From: Anthoceros angustus
Lineage: Eukaryota > Plantae > Anthocerotophyta
Reading direction: 5' to 3'
DNA length: 64,000 bases
Assembly: GCA_010909165.1 (NCBI GenBank)
Contig: VJWM01000011.1
Span: 1,364,001-1,428,000, forward strand
The position numbers were made by a program, and so were the translations under genes. Shown piece after piece: positions 10,936-22,449 of this stretch. Within the stretch, counting starts at the first letter, position 1, and every line of letters starts with the position of its first letter. A model generated the notes under the pieces. That model was not told where the DNA came from, did not search any database, and was given only the letters and a program-made list of their open reading frames with translations.

Positions 10936-13900
10936 ATGGCCACAGCGAAGGCTGAAGCTTCTTTTCTTCTCTTTGCACGTCACTGGCTTTCAGGCGGCAC
11001 CCAACAAATTGGTGTGTGTACAGGGATTCTACGAGGAGCTCCTGCTAACCTCATTTTAGGGAGTCGACCCCTGGCAAGCAAAGCCTCCAGGTGCAGCAGT
11101 GTAAGGAGCCCAGCACTTCCACCTCTGAGGAAGTATGTGGGTAGGGACGGGTTTTCCAGCGATGGTCGTTGCCAGGAGCAGGAGCACTTGTGGCATCAAT
11201 TTTTTCTGGACCCTACCATGTGGTGGGACAACAGACGAGATAAGAAGAGCTCCCGTTCTCCTGACTTCCGGCGAAAGGGGTCCGGCGAGGTGCTGTGCTT
11301 AAACAACATGTTTAAGCCAGCTTGGGTTGACGAGCAGCTCATTTCCTTGGATTTGCAGATGGGCCATTGTGCCAGTGTAAGGAGCCCAGCACTTCCACAT
11401 CCGATGGGCCATGGTGCCTCTCCTTCCGCGTCCAGCTCTCAGGATAAGCCTGAACCTGGGAGGCGTGCAGGATCGGAAATGGGCGTCGTTACTGCTGTTA
11501 CCGTGAGCACGTTATGTCAGCAGGGGAAGCTTTCTGAGGCTGTTGGAGCCCTGGAATCTCTGGCGCACACAGACTCTCCCATTTCTCAGTCTCTGTTCTA
11601 CACTGTGCTGAAACTGTGTACAGCCAAGAAGGATTTGGTTGTGGGGCGACGAGTTCATGATCTCATTGTCAAACTTGGATACGAGTCGAGTGCATACTTG
11701 GGGAACCATATCTTGCGCATGTATGCTGGTGGAGGTAGGCTAGAGGAGGCCATGGATGTGCTCACCAGGGTGGGCAAACCAGATGCCTTCATGTGGTTTT
11801 CCATAATATCCGCATATGCCAAGCAAGGGAAACCTAATCAGGCCATACAACTGTATCATGAGATGCGTAGGTCAGGAGTTAAGGCGGATGCTCACGTCTT
11901 TGTAGCTGCCCTTCAGGCTTGTGCATTTGCTGCCGACTTGGAATCTGGCAGAAAAGTGCACCATGATGTGGTGCAGAGTGGCATTCCTACTAACTTGTTT
12001 GTTGGCAACTGCCTGGTGGACATGTATGCAAAATGTGGCCAACTGAAAGATGCACGCCAGGTTTTTGACAGCATGGCCACAAAGGATGTGGTGACATGGA
12101 CTGCCCTGATATCTGGGTATGCAAAATGTGGTGAACTGGAAGACGCACGCCAGGTTTTTGACAGCATGAACAGAAAGGATGTGGTGACATGGAATGCCCT
12201 GATATCTGGGTATGCACAGCAAGGACGCGGCCACGAGGTGCTTGTTCTGTATGGACAAATGGAGCAGGAGGGCCTGATTTTGGCTGACCATGTTACTTTT
12301 GCTTGCCTTCTGAAGGCCTGTGCAAGCACTGGTGCCTTACAGAAGGGCAGGCAGCTGCACTCACAGATTGTGGAAAAAGGACTGCTGGATGACGTAGTGT
12401 TAGGCAACTGCCTGGTGGACATGTATGCAAAATGTGGTGAACTGGACGACGCACGCCAGGTTTTTGACAGCATGAACAGAAAGGATGTGGTGACATGGAC
12501 TGCCTTGATATCTGGGTATTTACAGGAAGGGCTGGGCCAAGAGGCGCTTGCCGTGTATGGACAAATGGAGGAGGGGGGCCTTATTTTGGGTAACGATGTT
12601 ACTTTTGCTTGCCTTCTGAAGGCCTGTGGAAGCACTGGTGCCTTACAGAAGGGCAGGCAGCTGCACTCACAGATTGTCAAAAGGGGACTGCTGGATAACG
12701 TCGTGCTGGGCAACTGCGTGGTGGACATGTATGCAAAATGTGGTGAACTGGAAGATGCCCGCCAGGTTTTTGACAGCTTGGCTGGTGACATGGAATGCCC
12801 TGATTGCTGGGTATGCACAGCAAGGACTCGGCCAAGAGGCACTTGTTGTGTATGGACAAATGGAGCAAGAGGGCCTTATTTTGGCTGACCATGTTACTTT
12901 TGCTTGCCTTCTGAAGGCCTGTGGAAGCACTGGTGCCTTACAGAAGGGCAGGCAGCTGCACTCACAGATTGTGGAAAGAGGACTGCTGGATAACGTAGTG
13001 GTGGGCAACTGCCTGGTGGACATGTATGCAAAATGTGGTGAACTGGAAGACGCACGCCAGGTTTTTGACAGCATGAACACAAAAGATGTGGTGACATGGA
13101 CTGCCCTGATATCTGGGTATGGTACTTGTGATGAAGGTCATAAGGCACTAGCTTGTTTTGAGGAGATGTTGGTTGCCGGTATTCAGCCTAATGATGTTAC
13201 TTTTACTTGCCTTTTAGTAGCATGCAGTCATGGGGGACTGGTCCACGACGGTCGCAAGCACTTTGATTCCATGGCTGAACAGCATGGCATCAAACCTACT
13301 CTTGAGCATTATAATTGCATGATTGATCTTCTTGGGCGTGCCGGCCATTTAGATGAGGCAGAGAAGATGCTATTATCATGCGAGGGCCAAACTAATGTTG
13401 TGGGATTGACGTCTTTGTTGAATGCCTGCAAAAGTCACGGGATATAGAGAGGGCGATGTGGTGTTTTGAAAGCATTGTTAGGCTGGACCCCAGGAGGCCC
13501 CCGCATATGTGCTCATGGCAAATGCCTACGCAGATGCAGGTAGGTGGACCGATGTAGACAGGATTGAAACACAGAGAACGGTAGCAGGAGCTAACAAGAA
13601 ACCTGCAGTGGCGACCATTGAGGTGAATAAGCAGGTACATAGATTTTTGGTGGGAGAAAGGAGAGAGGATATTGCGCTTAAGGTAGAGAGCACGAATGCA
13701 CGTCTGAAGCAGGAAGGAGGCCACGTACCTCACACAAAGTTGGTGTTGAAGCCAATGTCTGAGAAGGAAAAGGAAGATGTGCTTTGTGGGCATGCTGAGA
13801 AGCTAGCTCTGGCGTTTGGTCTCTTGAACACTCCGAGTGGGACACCCCTAGTGGTAACGAAGAATCTACGCATGTGCAGTGACTGCCACAGTTCCACGGA

Positions 13901-14000
13901 GATCATGTCAAGGCTTGAACAAAGAGACATTGTGGTAAGGGATGGGTACCGTGTGCATCGATTCGCAGCTGGTTGTTGCAGTTGTAAAGGTCGACCGTGA
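10936..14000 (+). CDS. PLS-class PPR protein with E1-E2 and DYW:KP (GRP-ending) deaminase-like domain, candidate U-to-C editing factor; three frameshifts as assembled
   Basis: About 17 PPR motifs (L-S-P triplets, P2-L2-S2), E1/E2, KKPAVATIEV, HAEKLA, CSDCH, HRF..GCCSC and C-terminal GRP*. Frameshifts: 11-bp deletion at ~12782 and 1-bp losses at ~13440 and ~13494. Confidence 0.9.
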
Positions 14001-14182
14001 GATTAATGGAGTACTACCCAGAGCTCAAGTGTGTACGCTGAAGAAATTTTCTTCTTTCTAGGGTGAATGTGCTGGGTTAACTCCATCCCAGTCCAACGGA
14101 CACAGGAACGTGACATCCCTCTGGTGAAATATTCTAGACCGATTTAATTGGGAGATCGTTGCAACAGTCCGAAATCACTCCC

Positions 14183-15611
14183 TTGCAGAAGGGCAGGCAG
14201 CTTCACTTACAGATTGTGGAAAAAGGACTGCTCCGACGTAGTGTTAGGCAGCTGCCTGGGGGACATGTATGCAAAATTTGGTGGACTGGAAGACGCACGC
14301 CAGGTTTTTGACAGCATGAACAGAAAGGATGGGGTGACATGGACTGCCCTGATATCTGGGATGTTAAGGAAGGGCTGGGCCAGGAGGCGCTTGTTGTGTA
14401 TGGACAAATGGAGGAGGGGGGCCCTATTTTGGGTAATATGAACAGCAAGGACTCGGCCAAGAGGTGCTCGTTGTGTATGAACGAATGGAGCAGGAGGGCC
14501 TGTTTGTGTCCGACCATGTTACTTTTGCTTGCCTTCTGAAGGCCTGTAGAAGCCCTGGTGCCTTACAGAAGGGCAGGCAGCTGCACTCACAGATTGTCAA
14601 CAGGGGGCTGCTGGATAATGTAGTGCTGGGCAACTGCGTGGTGGACATGCATGCAAAATGTGTTGAACTGGAAGATGCACACCATGTTTGTGACGGCACG
14701 AACAAAAAGGATGTGGTTACATGGAATGCCCTGATATCTGGGTATGGTACTTGTGATGAAGGTCACAAGGCACTAGCTTGGTTTGAGGAGATGTTAGTTG
14801 CCGGTATTCGGCCTGATGATGTCACTTTTACTTGCCTTTTAGCAGCATTCAGTCATGAGCAAATGGTCCAGGAGGGTCGCAAGCACTTCGATTCCCTGGC
14901 TAAACAGCATGGCATGAAACCAACTATTGAGCATTACATTTGCATGATTGATCTTCTTGGACGTGCAGGCCATTTAGATGAGGCAGAGAATATGCTGTTG
15001 TTATGTGAGGGCCAATGTATCTTTTTTGAATGCCTGTGAAAGTCATGGCCATCTAGAGAGGTCGATTTGGTGTTTTGAAAGCATTGTTAGGCTGGACCCC
15101 CGGCAGGTATCCGCATGTGTGCTTTCGGCCAATGCCTATGCAGATGGACGCAGGTGGACCGATGTTGACAGGATTGAAACACAGAGAACAGTGGCAAGAG
15201 CTAACAAGAAACCTGCAGTGGCGACCATTGAGGTGAATAAGCAGGTACATAGATTTCTGGTGGGAGAACGAAGAGAGGATACTGCGCTTAAGGTAGAGAG
15301 CACGAATGCACGTCTGAAGCAGGAAGGAGGCCACGTACGTTGTACGAAGTTGGTGTTGAAGCCACTGACTGTGTGAGAAGGAAAAGGAAGATGCGCTTTG
15401 TGGGCATGCTGAGAAGCTAGCTCTGGCGTTTGGTCTCTTGAACGCTCCAAGTGGGACACCTTTTGGAACCAAGAATCTACGCATGTGCAGCGACTGTCAC
15501 AGTTCCGCGGAGATCATGTCAAGGCTTGAACAGAGAGACATTGTTGTAAGGGATGGGTTCCGTGTGCATCGATTCGCAAATGGTTGTTGCAGTTGCAAGG
15601 GTCGACCGTGA
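14183..15611 (+). pseudogene. Tandem 5'-truncated paralogue of the DYW:KP(GRP) PPR gene
   Basis: Same P2-L2-S2-E-KKPAVA-HAEKLA-GRP* sequence with multiple frameshifts and no N-terminus. Confidence 0.88.
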
Positions 15612-16186
15612 GAATGATGGAGTACTACCCAGTGCTGAAGACTGTGTGTGGGCCAGAAAATATTTCTTTTCTCTTGGGGGTGAATGTTGCTTAACGGCTC
15701 CACCTTCGTCCAACCTGGGACATGGGTACGCAACGTTAACGCTGCCCTACCTCTGATAATGAAGAGAGATGGTCAGTATCGACTGAAATTTGTTTCTGGA
15801 GTATAACAGGGCTCCATAAAGGGAAGAATTACAGAGCAGAAAACCGCAGCAGGGGATGAGCAGCGCAAGCCCGACAAGGGTTGCAAGGCAGGAGGCACTA
15901 GCAGGTAGCTAGCATCAGCATACACATACGGACATTCCTAACAGAAGCAGAACAACCAAAGACTAGCCCAGCTGCCCAAGCCAGGAACTAATGTCGAGAA
16001 GGACTTTCTGGATCTTGACTTCCATAAAGACTACTGGAGGGGAATTCTTGCACGTGACTGCATCTCAGATGTGGCAGACACTGGATATCACAATTGAGAT
16101 ATGAAGGTCCAATGAACATATAGCACGTCGCATTGCCTGTAGGATTTTCTTTGAAACTCTATCAAGATCCTACCCCAAACACAATA

Positions 16187-16722
16187 CAGTCCACCCCCCC
16201 TAATTGGGATTGGTTCGGAGTGGCTTTAGAGGTCCCATTAAGGGAGGTGTCCCGATTATATTTTTCCTATTTAATAATAATAAAAATATTATAAACTTTA
16301 AAAATTTAAAAAATACCCAAAAATTTTAAATTTTGATTGATAGGTTTCACTAAAAATAACTTTTACGACTTCTCTATATAGTTGTTTGAAAGCTAGCACT
16401 CTCTCTAAGCAACATCAAAAAATCTCTACCTATCATAAAGGAAAAAGCTTAGTTTAAGAGTCTTCAATCACACCTAAAAGTCTATTGTGCTATGAAATAA
16501 TCGATTCTTTTTTCTTTATTTCTTTTGATTTTTTTAGTAAAAAAATTAAAAATCCCATTTAGGGAGGTAAAACTAACATGAATGTATGTTTCAAAAGGTC
16601 CCAATTACTATTTAGGGAAAAGTCCCATTTATTACATTGTAAACTAAAGGGAGTAGGATGGGAGGTCCCATTTAGAGAGGAATCCCATTTATAGAGTTCC
16701 CAATTAGGGGGGGGGGCGACTG
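16187..16722. mobile_element. Tc1/mariner-type MITE (536 bp)
   Basis: TIRs CAGTCCACCCCCCCTAATTGGGA / TCCCAATTAGGGGGGGGGGCGACTG and TA target duplication (16185-86, 16723-24). AT-rich interior. It interrupts a GH3 3' flank that is continuous at 22260-22440. Confidence 0.88.
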
Positions 16723-16759
16723 TATGTCTCTGGGTTCCACCTAAGTTGTTGCTTTGAAT

Positions 16760-17680
16760 CAACCGACATGCACAGGGTTGGGAAAAAGGTAAGGAGGATA
16801 GTGTCGGCTCCATGCTAATTGCACAACAGCCGCCTCGAAGAATTGAAGCGCAGGAGACCACAACACCGCATCAGGAGTCTTGCCTGCGTTGATGCTCAGC
16901 GTGGCCCAGTCTGGACCCGGCTTAGGAAGCATCCAGACTCCACAATCCGCATCTCTAAGGGAGCAATCATCCCGATGTTTCGTCCTCTCCTGTATGGCTC
17001 ACTCAGCCCCGCTTGGATTGCATTGCAGCATTTCTCCAGATGCTCCACACTCACAGCCTGCCCGCCTGGCTGGATGAGTTCCCAAAAAACAACGTAATGC
17101 CCGGGGATGGAGGCCACACTTGCCCTTGCTATAGTCAAGCAATTTGGACATCCGATGGGAGTTCACCTTGGCGGCAATCGGCCAGCGCATGAGCTCTAAT
17201 TCCTCTGTTTTGTCCGTGCTGATGCTCAGAATCACGTTCTTCCTACCCATGATCCTGACCAAGGGGGTTGAGTGGTGAAACCCCACACATTTTAGGATGT
17301 CCCCAAGCCGGTATCTCCACAAACCTGCACCACAGTCCAAAATGCATTCATGAGCAAATCGTTCCGTCACAATTCATGCACCAATCGGGAAGAGATGTTG
17401 CCTCACCTGCGAGATTAGTGATGACTAATTCATACAGTCGTCCCTCCTTCACAACTGTAAGGTCAATTGGGTTGAGGACGCTCTGCACGGACTGCTCCTC
17501 ATCCAGCTCAAGGAACTCAAAGTAAGCAGCCTCCAGCATTAAAGCACACGCGACCTCTCTTGGAGGGACATTGAGATTGCAATTGATGCAATATAAGTGC
17601 GCGACCAAATTTGGACCTGACCCCCAGTGAGGAACGTGACGTGGTCGACATACTCCTCCATGGACCCAGTGGAAGAGTCC
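16760..17680 (-). pseudogene. GH3: GH3 pseudogene (3' half, internal deletions)
   Basis: GLWRYRLGDILKCVGFHHSTPLVRIMGRKNVILSISTDKTEELELMR and FLELDEEQSVQSVL match the intact copy. The 3' flank 16040-16186 is also homologous to 22260-22420. Confidence 0.88.
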
Positions 17681-18029
17681 TGAATGGTGTATGTATGAAA
17701 CCGTACCCATGCCCTCACCTTGCCTATCTATGTGGGCATAGGTAAGTGTGGGCACCGTTAAGTCTGAGCAAGAGCTAGAATGAATCACGCCCATTATCTT
17801 ATGGGAGCGGAGCTAGAATGAATTACGGGAGCTAGAATGAATCACACCAATTCTATCGTAAGTATTTCTCATGTTTGATTGATAGATTATATAGATTTTT
17901 CATGTCGGCGTTGTAGGTCTCACTCAACTCAAACCAGGATGCATGGGCTCTAAAACGAAGGACGGACCAAGTTAATAAGTTAATGTGTATCCAAATGGCT
18001 TAGGCCAATTGGATAAACATTTATAAGAA

Positions 18030-18425
18030 TGCAATTGTTAAGCATCTTATGCTTAGATCGATACTTCGATGTGGTGCCTAGAAAAATGGATGCCCTTGGT
18101 ACAAGTAGCTTAGGCACACAATGGTACAAGTTTTGACCCCAGAATGAAATCGATACTTAGATTGGTACTTCGATGGGGTGCCTAGAAAAATGGATGCCCT
18201 TGGTATAAGTAGCTTAGGCACACAATGGTACAAGTTTTTACCCCAGAATAAAATCGATACTTAGATGGGGTGCGTAGAGGGAGTGGATGCTCATGGTGCA
18301 AGTAGCTTAGGCACACCATGGTGCAAGTTTTTAACCACAAAATGAAAGTACTTAGATGTGGTGCCTAGAGGGAGTGGATGCCCTTGGTGCAAGTAGCTTA
18401 GGCACACTATGATTTAAGTTTTTAA
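18030..18425. repeat. Dispersed AT-rich tandem-array family (~100-116-bp units, about 4 copies)
   Basis: Core ATCGATACTTAGAT..GGTGCCTA..TGGATGC..CAAGTAGCTTAGGCACAC.ATGGTACAAG. The same core recurs at 46515-46740 (2 units, period 116) and inverted at 51840-52065. Confidence 0.8.
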
Positions 18426-18960
18426 CCTCAGAATGGCTGGTTCTTTTAGTGCCAAAATTTGTTTTTTTTGGTGAGTTTGAAGACTTCATAAATATTTCAA
18501 AGTATACGTCGAAGTCTCGTACTGGCTGGAGTAACTCCGTAAGGCACAAATAACTCGCGGCCCCACACACTATAAAGACGAGAACATGATGTTTATATTT
18601 GAAACTAACTCCATAGGGCACGAACAATTGGCAGCCCCACACGCTACCAAGCCGAGGAGATGATGTTTGTAACAGGTGGTTCTGTAGGGCCATGAAGCTA
18701 GGGAATGGGCTACTAGTACGCCATCCAAGCACTGACCCGTCTGAAGGACACTTAACTATGGAGTTAAGCGTCATGTCACTCCTTGAAGGAACAATTTTAG
18801 TGCCAAATTTGCCGCATGGCATAAAAAAAATACATATATTCAATCTATTAAGATAGGGTTATTGTCTGTACATTCGGTTAACTTGCTAATTTCTTTCCTA
18901 ATAATATTTAGTATATATTCTTGAGAATGCTTCAGTTCGATCATACTATAGTAATGTAAA

Positions 18961-19129
18961 TAGTATATGGATACACGGAGCAGAAAGTCTTTCACTAAGT
19001 TGAAGTGCATTTTGTGAATAGTATATGGATACACGGAGCAGAAAGTCTTTCACTAAATTGAAGTGCATTTTGTAAATAGTATATGGATACACGGAGCAGA
19101 AAGTCTTTCACTAAGTTGAAGTGCATTTT
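18961..19129. repeat. 58-bp tandem repeat x3
   Basis: TAGTATATGGATACACGGAGCAGAAAGTCTTTCACTAAGTTGAAGTGCATTTTGTGAA at 18961, 19019 and 19077. Confidence 0.9.
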
Positions 19130-20770
19130 CGCTAACTTTAACGCTCTTATCCTCTTTAGTGAAAAGATGATGGCCGGTTACCATTTCAAACAAGGTAATG
19201 CCGGCGGACCAAATATCATATGGGGCTACCTTATACTTCAATCTTAAACAAACCTCAGGAGCCATCTATATTTGTGTTCCACAATACTAGTTATACTTAG
19301 TACTTGAATCTCCTTTGCAATGAAGTTCGAAATATGCAATTTTTAGAATTACAAAGTTTTTATTCATAAGGGAAAAGAAGACTTTATTATAAAAAAGAGA
19401 TGGGAAAAACCCATCCACCCCAAAACAAAGGGGAAAAAACCCAACGAAGGGCACCATGCCGGGGGGACTAGCCCCCACGATCACGCATTTCAAAACTACC
19501 AACCGCCCGAAGACCTTCGTGGTAAGGGATGTGAAAAGGCCTACTTACCACCGGTGTCGAAGAACCTGCATCCCTCGCGCTCACTGTCGTTCTGTACATT
19601 GCGTTGGCGAGCGCCCTTTGCAGAGCGATGGAAACCCTCTGCCGGAAGAAAGCAACAATACAAGAAAGGCGGAGGCCAACCCCATTCTTGCGGCTATGAT
19701 AAGCCTTGGTGCAAGCCTTGACAAACCTAGAGAAATCCTTGCCCATGGCTCCGTGAGTCTCAATGGCAAGGGGGACGAAGGCGTGGCCGTCATGCATAGG
19801 ACAGTACTAGAAGACCATAGCCATCGCGCATCCCTCCACCGCCCAACCTGGAGGGTTAAGAATAACATGTTCGCAGACACTATCCCAGGTAGGATCGGTT
19901 ACAACCACATCAGCAACCGAAACCTGATCCCCCCGAGTCAAAAATAGATCTGCCCTAAGCGAAACCCCGTTGAGCAAGGTGTAAGGGCGCTCCCTAAATG
20001 GAAGGAACCCGCCTTCCCTAGCAATAGAGAACATGATGTCCCGTACGGCATCATGCGTAGCGATATGCTGCCCACCCGCGGGACAGCGAGCCAAGTGCGT
20101 CCCAAAGTCATCGAGAGGGGCCCCGCAGCTGCAAGTTGAAAGAGAGCAAGCCAGAGGTTGGACCAAGCCAAGGTGAAAACGCACCGCGGTGGAAAAAGTT
20201 CTTTGGTGCGATGCGGGCGCTGAATCTGGGTCGAGCGGAACCTAGGAACTGCCCCTTCCTCGAGCAAGGCGGAGGCAGGCCCGATCCTCGGTGCCGCGAT
20301 CGAAGGTGCACAGGCGGATGATGTCACCTAAAACCTGCATAAGCCGCTTCATTCATAAGTAGATTTCTTAGTTTGATATCACGATGAAAAATGCCCTTAA
20401 TGTGGCAATATTCTAAACCATAATAAGTGGACGAAAACAATGTCTTGCAATGTTTTCATCCAAGCAGCCTCTTTGGGTTATAATTTGGAATAATGTACCA
20501 GTTTGGATCAATTTTTAAACTATGAATATTTTCTTATCGCATTTATATGCAACACATATTTTTACTATATTTGGGTGGTCTAAACCTTTTGGGCACCCTT
20601 ACTCAAGTTCTATTGCATTCTTCAATTTTTTATTCTTAGCGTTATGAAAAGTCTTGATGGCTACTGATTCATGAGTAACATTATTCACGTCCAAGCATAA
20701 CTTCTGCTTGAGCAGCTTTTTCCAACATGGTTTCAATAATCTCATAATGGCCAAGTTTCTGAATCGGACG
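19053..20770 (-). pseudogene. Intronless AT-rich Ser/Thr protein kinase (CAMK/SnRK-like) pseudogene split by a retroelement
   Basis: 20770-20351: HYEIIET..EV, VAIK, LDHPNIVKI, LEYCHIKGIFHRDIKLRNLLMNE (with stops and frameshifts). 19360-19130: LKIAYF(DFG-equivalent), YCGT, MAPEV, YDIWSAGITLFEMVTG. Confidence 0.8.
19371..20350 (-). mobile_element. 5'-truncated CRE-like non-LTR retrotransposon with 9-bp TSD
   Basis: RFHLGL..CSCG..H..C..HD, RADL..DVVV, FVPLAIETHG and RVSIALQR. Flanked by ATTCATAAG at 19362-19370 and 20351-20359. Confidence 0.8.
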
Positions 20771-21867
20771 AGACAATTTGATGTAAGCAGGTTGTCGATT
20801 GGCTACTGTCACACGAGGTAAGCACTTGCATTTATATGAGCACTTCCTCAACAGATAACTAAGCAAAACAAATATTATATGTAAATATAGATGCAAACCA
20901 AGATATTATTACTAATTACTTACTTAAAGATAAGTAATAAGATTAATTAACACAAATCAAACACTAAACCCAAGCGCTCAGATTAATGTCACACGGCATG
21001 ACACTATCCGTTGTTGTCCTTTTGATTTGGAATTTGCTCGTTGAGTTCATGACACATCAGCTCTTGCCCTACTGGTAGGGAGCTTGCCCATTAGTTTTCG
21101 GTGCACCCGCTATTGCCTTGTTGATTACCACAATGACTCGGATTTCGAAGTCTTGGTTAAGAGTAGATGCAAGAGGTAGTAAGAGCACAGCCACCGGTTT
21201 AGTTAGCCGCTCAAGAAGTAGCGGGTTAATAGTTGGATTGAGCAAGACCTCCGATATATAGCCACGCTCTAAAGATTCATTTTTCAAAATATAAGGACTC
21301 AAGGTTCTTGGTCTATCGCAAAATATAATGCTGGCTCAAAGGATAAAGAAATTCCTTCTTTTCTTCGACAAAGAAAAATAAAACTCCTTTTCTTCGTCAA
21401 AAAAAATGAAACTCCTTCCTTAATCTTTGGAAAGGGGATGTTAATGCAGTTAGGGAGTACATAAACTCCTTCCTTGGTTTTTGGGGAGGGGATGCTCCTT
21501 CCTTGGTCTTTGGGAAGGGGATGTTAATGCAGATACGGAGTACTTGACCAGATAGACCGTAAACCAAGGAATAAACTCTCATGGGGTGTAACATGAGGAT
21601 GCCACACTTTAGCACCAAAGAGTAGAGGACACTTGATTGTAATTAGAGAGTAATAAAAGAGTTAAATTTGAAACTCAAAAGTTAGATTTTACTTTCTTTA
21701 TACTTAGATAATAAATACCTAGATATTTTAATAATCAATAGTAATATTTAATATAATAAGATTTATTAATAATTATATATATTTAAAATAAAATAAATGA
21801 ACTGATAATTATATTTATCTAAGTATGGGAAGCATGATGAGTAGGCAGCAAATGTAGTTTGGAACCT

Positions 21868-21958
21868 TGGGTTAGTCCCCTAGGCATGTGCCCTTCGTTG
21901 GGTTGTTCCCCGTTTTTTTTGGAGGTAGATGGGATCTCCACCTCTTGTTTTTACATAC
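21868..21958 (+). mobile_element. 91-bp 3'-UTR-only copy of the CRE-like family with 11-bp TSD
   Basis: GGGTTAGTCCCC..GTGCCCTTCGTTGGGTTGTTCCCC..GGTAGATGGG matches the 3' UTRs at ~9460-9520 and ~19400-19470 (reverse complement). Flanked by GTTTGGAACCT at 21857-21867 and 21959-21969. Confidence 0.75.
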
Positions 21959-22449
21959 GTTTGGAACCTAGGCGACGGCGGCGAGTGACCAGTAGATGGA
22001 TCGACAGCCCTAAAGAGGCCACGTGACGGGTAACAGCGAAAGCAGCATTTTCATGGACCATGGATGGTTACTTCCGAACGCGGGAGGTTGTCGTCTTCTT
22101 TCTCTTGCCTGCGCAAGCTCAAGCCCAAGCTCAACTTATTGCTCTTGGTATTGCTCTGCCATAGCTCTCAGGAGAATTGTGAGCTTGGGAGTTTGTGATC
22201 TCAGATAGCCGCGTCATTCAGGCATCCCTGTAGATCTTTCTGTATGTGGACTTGAGTAATGCTACTGGAGGGGAATTCTTGTACGTGTAGCCCAGGTGTG
22301 GCATACACTGTGTATCACAATTGAGATCTGAAGGTCCCATCAACATATAGCAGGTCGCATTGCCTGTAGGGTATGCTTTGAAACCTCTATCGAAGATAAC
22401 ACCCCAAAGACAATGTGTCCCTGGATTCCACGTCAGTTGTTGCTGTGAA

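Noticed and set aside
11913-12842. 309-aa minus-strand ORF (and similar ones at 12667-13080, 30774-31082, 48548-48970)
   Set aside because: Antisense shadows of repetitive PPR coding sequence.
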